Virus record (IMG/VR): IMGVR_UViG_3300012665_000990 | Coordinates: 9,776 to 73,775 of that record | Strand: one strand, 5' to 3' | From: a virus | Taxonomy: Duplodnaviria; Caudoviricetes | DNA length: 64,000 bases | Shown here: one piece after another, positions 59,070 to 64,000 of the stretch | Layout of the letters: the number at the start of each line of letters is the position of its first letter | Numbering within the stretch: the stretch's first letter is position 1 | Made by a program: the position numbers and the translations under genes | Notes under the pieces: generated by a model | Databases searched by the model: none | Seen by the model: only the letters and a program-made list of their open reading frames with translations | Told to the model about the DNA's origin: nothing

Positions 59070-59372
59070 ATGAAATGGTTTGATAAATGGATAATGCGTA
59101 AAGCAGAAAGAATTGCTATCAGTCATCGAGATGTTTATGAGGAAAGTATGAAAACAAGTGCTGTACCAGTTAGTTCCTTAGGTCGTGCAAGCCTTGATGC
59201 AAATAATATACAATTTAAAGTATATAAAGCAAGTGGCGGCACAATTATTGAAACTAGTATGTATGATAGACGTACAGATCGACATACCAATGGTTTGTAT
59301 ATTATTACCGACGACAAAGATTTAGGAAAAGAAATTGGTAAAATTATTACCATGGAATCTTTGAAAAGTTGA
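59070..59372 (+). CDS. Hypothetical protein
   Basis: Intact ORF. Confidence 0.55.
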   Translation: MKWFDKWIMRKAERIAISHRDVYEESMKTSAVPVSSLGRASLDANNIQFKVYKASGGTIIETSMYDRRTDRHTNGLYIITDDKDLGKEIGKIITMESLKS

Positions 59373-59398
59373 CACTCAGACCTAAATAATGTTATAAT
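59369..59398 (+). promoter_or_regulatory. Sigma70-type promoter of folE
   Basis: TTGACA, 18 nt, TGtTATAAT (extended -10). Confidence 0.7.
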
Positions 59399-59416
59399 GA
59401 TACATAGGAGTAATAA

Positions 59417-60181
59417 ATGACTGAATCCGTAATATTTAAAAACATACTTGCTGGCGCAGAACAGCAAGGTGACGATGACAAAAACTACAAAGAAGCTAAC
59501 CTAGCAGATGTATTACGTTTTAAAATGAAACGTGATAATAAACGCTTTTGGGCTGGAGATAACATTAGCGAATATGTTAGCGAAGACGACAAAGAAATTT
59601 TAATCAAAGAAGCAACTGTAGCATTTGAAAAAGTTTTAGACACATTGCTTATTGATCGTGAAAACGATCCTAACTCGCATGGTACTGCAAAGCGACTAGC
59701 TAAAATGTACTTTAATGAAATAATGGCAGGAAGATATGAACCAGCACCAGACGCAACAGCATTTCCAAACGACTCGCAGGACCGTTACGAAGGTATGTTG
59801 GTTGTTCGTAGTGAGCTTCGCAGTATGTGTAGCCATCATCACCAACCCGTTAGTGGTGTTGCTTATATTGGCATTATTGCCGCTAATAAACTTATCGGCT
59901 TATCTAAGTACACACGTATCGCACAGTGGTGTGCAAGACGAGGTACTCTCCAGGAGGAACTTTGTAATGACATTGCTAGGGAAATCCAAAAAGCAACAGG
60001 TGCAACAGATTTAGGCGTTTACATTCAAGCAACACACGGATGTTGCGAGAATCGTGGCATTATGGCACATTCTAGTCTAACACAAACTACAGTATTACAA
60101 GGTTCTTTTAAAACTGACCCAAGTGCTAAGAAAGAATTCTTTGACAATATTAAAATGCAACAAGAGTTTGCGCCACGATAA
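59417..60181 (+). CDS. folE: GTP cyclohydrolase I
   Basis: TAKRLAKMY, SMCSHH, IGLSKYTR, LQEEL, HGCCENRG, FFD. Confidence 0.92.
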   Translation: MTESVIFKNILAGAEQQGDDDKNYKEANLADVLRFKMKRDNKRFWAGDNISEYVSEDDKEILIKEATVAFEKVLDTLLIDRENDPNSHGTAKRLAKMYFNEIMAGRYEPAPDATAFPNDSQDRYEGMLVVRSELRSMCSHHHQPVSGVAYIGIIAANKLIGLSKYTRIAQWCARRGTLQEELCNDIAREIQKATGATDLGVYIQATHGCCENRGIMAHSSLTQTTVLQGSFKTDPSAKKEFFDNIKMQQEFAPR

Positions 60182-60402
60182 TGGAATTATATGATGACGG
60201 TCCTGTGTCAATTGATGACATCTTTACGCAAGAAGATCAACAAAAAATTGTTCGCAGGTTAAATGAAATTAGTGCGTGGAAATTACAAGAAATGATTAGT
60301 AAGTATCCTACACTAAAGAAAAGTTGGGAATCGTTTTTAATTGATTACCATATTTGTTTGTCAAACGAACCACCGGAAGAACATGATGACATCCCTTTCT
60401 AA
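60181..60402 (+). CDS. Hypothetical protein
   Basis: Coupled ORF. Confidence 0.45.
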   Translation: MELYDDGPVSIDDIFTQEDQQKIVRRLNEISAWKLQEMISKYPTLKKSWESFLIDYHICLSNEPPEEHDDIPF

Positions 60403-60862
60403 TAAATTCCTAAACTGGTTAGAGTCTAAAGGACGTAAACGTATTATTATGGATCGCCAGTGTAACGAGCCACTGTTAACTCGTTACTACTTGTTTTTAA
60501 AGGAACGCAAACGTTTTCCGTTTAACGTGTTCTTACACAAGTTCCACAAAGGTGATCCCGGTGATGTACACGATCATCCATGGCCATACTTTACTTTAAT
60601 TTTGGCAGGCGGTTATTACGAATGGGTTCCGCAATTTGCCGACGGTAAGATGATTGGTGAGATTCGACACTGGCGAGGACCGGGGCATTTTAGATTTTGT
60701 GGTTCTAACAGCTATCATCGTATCGAATTGGTTCCTGGAATAACTGCTTGGACATTGTTTATGCCAGGACCACATAAACGTGAATGGGGATTTTTAGTCA
60801 ACAACAAGTGGACACACAACGAACAATACTTACAGGACAGGTATGAACAAGCTCATAATTGA
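60383..60862 (+). CDS. Cupin-fold protein (HDHPW type)
   Basis: LHKF, HDHPW, GGYYE, YHRIE, WTLF..G..REWGF. Confidence 0.7.
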   Translation: MMTSLSNKFLNWLESKGRKRIIMDRQCNEPLLTRYYLFLKERKRFPFNVFLHKFHKGDPGDVHDHPWPYFTLILAGGYYEWVPQFADGKMIGEIRHWRGPGHFRFCGSNSYHRIELVPGITAWTLFMPGPHKREWGFLVNNKWTHNEQYLQDRYEQAHN

Positions 60863-61397
60863 TAATTCTACTTTTAAAAACTATGTAAGTAAAATTGGCC
60901 AAGAGATTGCTACTAGTGATTGGAAACCAGATTACATTGTTGGACTGACTCGAGGCGGACTTCTTCCAGCAGTAATGTTAAGTCATTATTTAGAAATACC
61001 AATGATGTCACTAGATGTTAGTTTGCGTGATGGTGGTGGATGCGTTAGTAATCTTAGCATGGCTGAAGATGCATTTGGATACATCAGTATGCAAGATAGA
61101 GAGTTTTCAGAAGGCGAAATATCTTCTGTAGAAGCACGTAAAAATATACTTATTGTTGACGACATTAATGACACCGGTGCTACATTTAATTGGATTATGG
61201 AAGATTGGCCAAGTGGTTGTTTTCCAGATGATCCAATTTGGAAAACAATTTGGACGCAAAATGTACGTTTTGCAGTAGTAGTGGACAATCTTGCTAGTAA
61301 GTGCAATGTTAAAATGGACTACTGTGGACTGGAAATCAACAAAGCAGAGAATGATGTTTGGATTGAATTCCCTTATGAAAATTGGTGGACAAAATGA
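60843..61397 (+). CDS. Type I phosphoribosyltransferase (purine PRT-like)
   Basis: VGLTRGGLLPA, ILIVDDINDTGAT PRPP loop, WIEFPYE. Confidence 0.85.
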   Translation: MNKLIIDNSTFKNYVSKIGQEIATSDWKPDYIVGLTRGGLLPAVMLSHYLEIPMMSLDVSLRDGGGCVSNLSMAEDAFGYISMQDREFSEGEISSVEARKNILIVDDINDTGATFNWIMEDWPSGCFPDDPIWKTIWTQNVRFAVVVDNLASKCNVKMDYCGLEINKAENDVWIEFPYENWWTK

Positions 61398-61780
61398 GAG
61401 AGAAAATCGTAAATAGTATTCCAGACGACATTGAAGATAGCACCGCCCCTTGGACTGAATTAGTCACTGAAGACTTTCACGTTAAAGTGTTTGCAGACAA
61501 ATATCCAGTAACTGAAGGACATCTATTGTATGTGCCTAAATATAATACAATACACGTATTAATGGATGCATTTGAAGATGCAGTTCGTTTTGGTATCAAC
61601 AATGTTGAAGCTGGAAATTGGGATGGCTTTAATGTTGGATTTAATTACGGCAAGGCAGCAGGTCAAACTGTTGACTGGCCACACGTTCATGTCATTCCTA
61701 GGCGTAACGGTGACATGGAAGATCCTACTGGCGGGGTTCGCCATGTCATACCTGAAAAAGGAAATTATAAAAAATGGTAA
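61394..61780 (+). CDS. HIT family nucleotide hydrolase
   Basis: DKYPVTEGHLL.VP, GFNVG.N.G.AAGQTV..PHVHVIPRR.GD. Confidence 0.85.
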   Translation: MREKIVNSIPDDIEDSTAPWTELVTEDFHVKVFADKYPVTEGHLLYVPKYNTIHVLMDAFEDAVRFGINNVEAGNWDGFNVGFNYGKAAGQTVDWPHVHVIPRRNGDMEDPTGGVRHVIPEKGNYKKW

Positions 61781-61962
61781 AAGAAGGCTCTAGATGGGAA
61801 GGAAATAACGGGGACAAATTTCACGTTATACACACTATAGAATTAGACGGACACAACTGGGTACACTATATTAAAGAAAATGTTCAAGAGCATGAACTAA
61901 CTCGTGAATATAGTTGCTATGAAGAAAGTTTTTTACAAAGATTTAGACAACTACCGGAATAA
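61774..61962 (+). CDS. Hypothetical protein
   Basis: Coupled ORF. Confidence 0.5.
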   Translation: MVKEGSRWEGNNGDKFHVIHTIELDGHNWVHYIKENVQEHELTREYSCYEESFLQRFRQLPE

Positions 61963-61964
61963 AA

Positions 61965-62471
61965 ATGTCAAAAGTATACCTTATTAAACCCTTACATAAA
62001 AAAAGCATCTGCTGGCGTATAGAAATGTATCGCAAAAATCCAGATGGTAGTGTTAGCTGGTTCAACATTGACGATCACTATCGGTGGGGACAAGGTTTTA
62101 TTGAGGAAGACTTGGAGTGCAATCTTCCGTATGAAGGCGATCAACAGGCACATGCTCGTACGGATTGCGGGTGGGGATCGGAACTAGATGATCAACATGC
62201 TTGTTGGTTTGAATATAGTGACGACATACTAGAAGAAGAAAAAGAAGCAATTGAATCTTCTTATCATGAAGGCGGTGCCGGATGGTTATTTGATGGCGAA
62301 CACGAGTGGCAAACTGAAGATGATTATCTTGTTATTGATGCTCCATATCAAATAAGTTTGTGTGACGATGATGGCACAGTCATAGAAGAAAATGTTAAAC
62401 TAAGAACTCGCCCAAAATTAACAACAGCATGGCCTTGGCCAATTGAAAGTGAAGGTGGAGAAATTGACTAA
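61965..62471 (+). CDS. Hypothetical acidic protein
   Basis: Intact ORF. Confidence 0.55.
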   Translation: MSKVYLIKPLHKKSICWRIEMYRKNPDGSVSWFNIDDHYRWGQGFIEEDLECNLPYEGDQQAHARTDCGWGSELDDQHACWFEYSDDILEEEKEAIESSYHEGGAGWLFDGEHEWQTEDDYLVIDAPYQISLCDDDGTVIEENVKLRTRPKLTTAWPWPIESEGGEID

Positions 62472-62664
62472 TAATACTGTTACCGTAGTATGGGATAATC
62501 AAAATGGGTTTTGGTGGAACGAAACTTGTGCTATGGTATTAGAAGTTTTTGGTTTACCAGGTGATAGATATGTATCAAAACCAGAACATGATTATATGAG
62601 TTTTACTTTTAAAAGTGAAAAAGATGCCAGTTTGTGTAAAATTTTATTAAGTGATAGATTATGA
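62443..62664 (+). CDS. Hypothetical protein
   Basis: Intact ORF; start uncertain. Confidence 0.45.
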   Translation: MKVKVEKLTNNTVTVVWDNQNGFWWNETCAMVLEVFGLPGDRYVSKPEHDYMSFTFKSEKDASLCKILLSDRL

Positions 62665-62669
62665 TGTAC

Positions 62670-62698
62670 TTGACAGAACTAGAAAAAGGTAGTAAAAT
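62670..62698 (+). promoter_or_regulatory. Sigma70-type promoter of queE (near-leaderless)
   Basis: TTGACA, 17 nt, TAAAAT; ATG 62706 lies 7 nt downstream. Confidence 0.6.
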
Positions 62699-62705
62699 AA
62701 CTAAT

Positions 62706-63611
62706 ATGGAAAAAATTAGATATAGCGAAATGTTTTATAGCGTACAAGGCGAAGGTCGCTTTGTAGGCGTTCCCAGCGTTTTCTTTAGAACGTTTGGATG
62801 TAACTTTGAATGTAGAGGCTTTGGTCAGCCACGTGGCGATTTTATCCCAATCGAACAAATGCCACATAACACAGATCCTAAAGCAGATCCAGATCATCCA
62901 GAAGCATATAAAACTTTTGAAGAACTTCCAGTAACAAATATTGGTTGTGATACAAGTGCAAGCTGGAGTGCAAAATATAAACACTTGGCCGCTTGGGATA
63001 CTGTTGACGTTATTGCAAAGAAACTAACAGCAATGACTCCAGAAGGCAAGTGGACTTGTAGTAACGGACAAGATGTACATTTGGTTATCACTGGCGGTGA
63101 ACCATTAATGTGGCAAAAACAAATCACTGCATTACTAACACAGCCAGAGTTTGCAGATATTAAAAATGTAACATTTGAAACAAATACTACACACAAACTA
63201 AAGCCAGAGTTTGTACAAATGATGTTGGATTTAAGTTTTGGGCCAACACGTAATCCAGAAAACTTTGTTAAGTTTACTTGGAGTTGCAGTCCTAAACTAA
63301 CTTGCTCAGGTGAAGAATGGGATAAAGCAATCCTACCAGAAGTAGCCGCAGAGTATTATGGACTTCCTGGTCGCAATTTTTATTTTAAGTTTGTTGTATC
63401 AGATGATCAAGATGTTGAAGAAGTTGATAAGGCGGTTGCACTATATAAGGAAAAACAAATTGACTGTGATGTTTATTTGATGCCTTGTGGCGCAACACAA
63501 GAAGGGCAAGCAAAGACTGCTCGCCAAGTAGCAGAACTTTGTTTGAAAAAGGGTTATAAGTTTAGTCCACGATTACACGTAGACTTATTTGGAAACGCAT
63601 GGGGAACCTAA
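62706..63611 (+). CDS. queE: 7-carboxy-7-deazaguanine synthase QueE (radical SAM)
   Basis: SEMFYSVQGEG, RTFGCNFEC...GCDT, VITGGEP, FETN, SPKL, PRLHVDLFG. Confidence 0.9.
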   Translation: MEKIRYSEMFYSVQGEGRFVGVPSVFFRTFGCNFECRGFGQPRGDFIPIEQMPHNTDPKADPDHPEAYKTFEELPVTNIGCDTSASWSAKYKHLAAWDTVDVIAKKLTAMTPEGKWTCSNGQDVHLVITGGEPLMWQKQITALLTQPEFADIKNVTFETNTTHKLKPEFVQMMLDLSFGPTRNPENFVKFTWSCSPKLTCSGEEWDKAILPEVAAEYYGLPGRNFYFKFVVSDDQDVEEVDKAVALYKEKQIDCDVYLMPCGATQEGQAKTARQVAELCLKKGYKFSPRLHVDLFGNAWGT

Positions 63612-63612
63612 T

Positions 63613-64000
63613 ATGGCAACAAGAAAACCAAAAGAAGAAGTAGTAAAAAAAGAGGCGCCTGTAAAAACCGTTCCTAAAAAGACAGCAAAGCCTAGAGCTA
63701 AAAAAGTTGTTGTTGAAGAAACGGTGGCTCCCAAGAATAAAGCACAGGCTACTAGAATGAAACAGCCTTGGGTTGCTGTACTAGAGACACACGTTAATCC
63801 AGCAGATCCTAGTAACGGATTTTTTGAACTTGACTGGAATGAGTATTTTATAGTACAATTGAAACAAGCTGGTTACTTTGGCGAGAACGAAGAAGCAGTT
63901 GTTGATCAGTGGTTTAAAGAGCTCTGCAGAAATATTGGTGCCGAAGAAGGTGTTGATATGGAACGTAGAGGTAGTGGTTATATTAACGTACAGAAAGTTG
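63613..64000 (+). CDS. Hypothetical protein with Lys-rich N-terminus (truncated by window end)
   Basis: Open frame from ATG 63613 to the end: MATRKPKEEVVKK...FFELDWNEYF. Confidence 0.6.
   Translation, partial: MATRKPKEEVVKKEAPVKTVPKKTAKPRAKKVVVEETVAPKNKAQATRMKQPWVAVLETHVNPADPSNGFFELDWNEYFIVQLKQAGYFGENEEAVVDQWFKELCRNIGAEEGVDMERRGSGYINVQKV

Noticed and set aside
62661-62705. Track start of queE at 62661
   Set aside because: This stretch contains the TTGACA-17-TAAAAT promoter; homology begins at MEKIRYSEMF (62706).
433-63196. Many minus-strand and alternate-frame ORFs in the track (e.g. 7562..7915, 18488..18904, 38390..38812, 3410..3703)
   Set aside because: They lie inside well-supported genes, lack SD or promoter signals and motifs, and read as shadow frames.
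54531-63611. Concluding that the phage lacks QueC
   Set aside because: Only 64 kb is visible and queD is already 53 kb from the cluster, so queC may lie outside the window.
1-64000. Bacterial chromosome (suf, clpA, dnaJ, def, sod and folE look cellular)
   Set aside because: These genes are interleaved and coupled with T4-like PolB, clamp, clamp loader, virion and lysis genes, and TAAATA late promoters occur throughout.
1-64000. Stop-codon reassignment
   Set aside because: Recognisable proteins are full length under the standard code; TAA dominates and TGA acts as a stop in ATGA overlaps.
1-64000. tRNA genes, CRISPR arrays, DGR, integrase or transposase
   Set aside because: No cloverleaf, regular repeat-spacer array, reverse transcriptase or recombinase motif seen; intergenic gaps are mostly too short. 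A tRNAscan run would be the formal check.

Overview
AT-rich, densely coding segment of a large T4-like (myovirus/jumbo-type) tailed phage genome, almost entirely + strand and standard genetic code. From 5' to 3': end of clpP; a structural gene; queD and uvsE; Fe/Mn SOD; a complete SUF Fe-S assembly operon (sufB-C-D-S, a sufE-sufT fusion, sufA); very large virion structural genes (up to 2746 aa); a truncated DnaE-like protein, GroES, clamp loader and PhoH; a Gram-negative-type lysis cassette; DnaJ, Def and ClpA; an ~9 kb late cluster of proteins sharing an N-terminal M-[RK]-I-x-[EQD]-L-L-x-E leader resembling a capsid-targeting sequence, with cargo including three different nucleotidyltransferase folds, a lytic transglycosylase and a neighbouring Dps; family-B DNA polymerase and sliding clamp; and a 7-deazaguanine DNA-modification cluster (DpdA/TGT-like, second QueD-like/DpdL-type protein, glycosyltransferase, FolE, PRTase, HIT, QueE). 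Non-coding features are sigma70 promoters (several leaderless, two fused into terminator hairpins), TAAATA late promoters, a preQ1-I-like pseudoknot before queD and a tandem pseudoknot before the polymerase. The best novelty candidates are the tagged injected-cargo cluster, the full phage SUF operon and the glycosyltransferase-linked deazaguanine pathway. All calls come from motifs read by eye; no searches were run.
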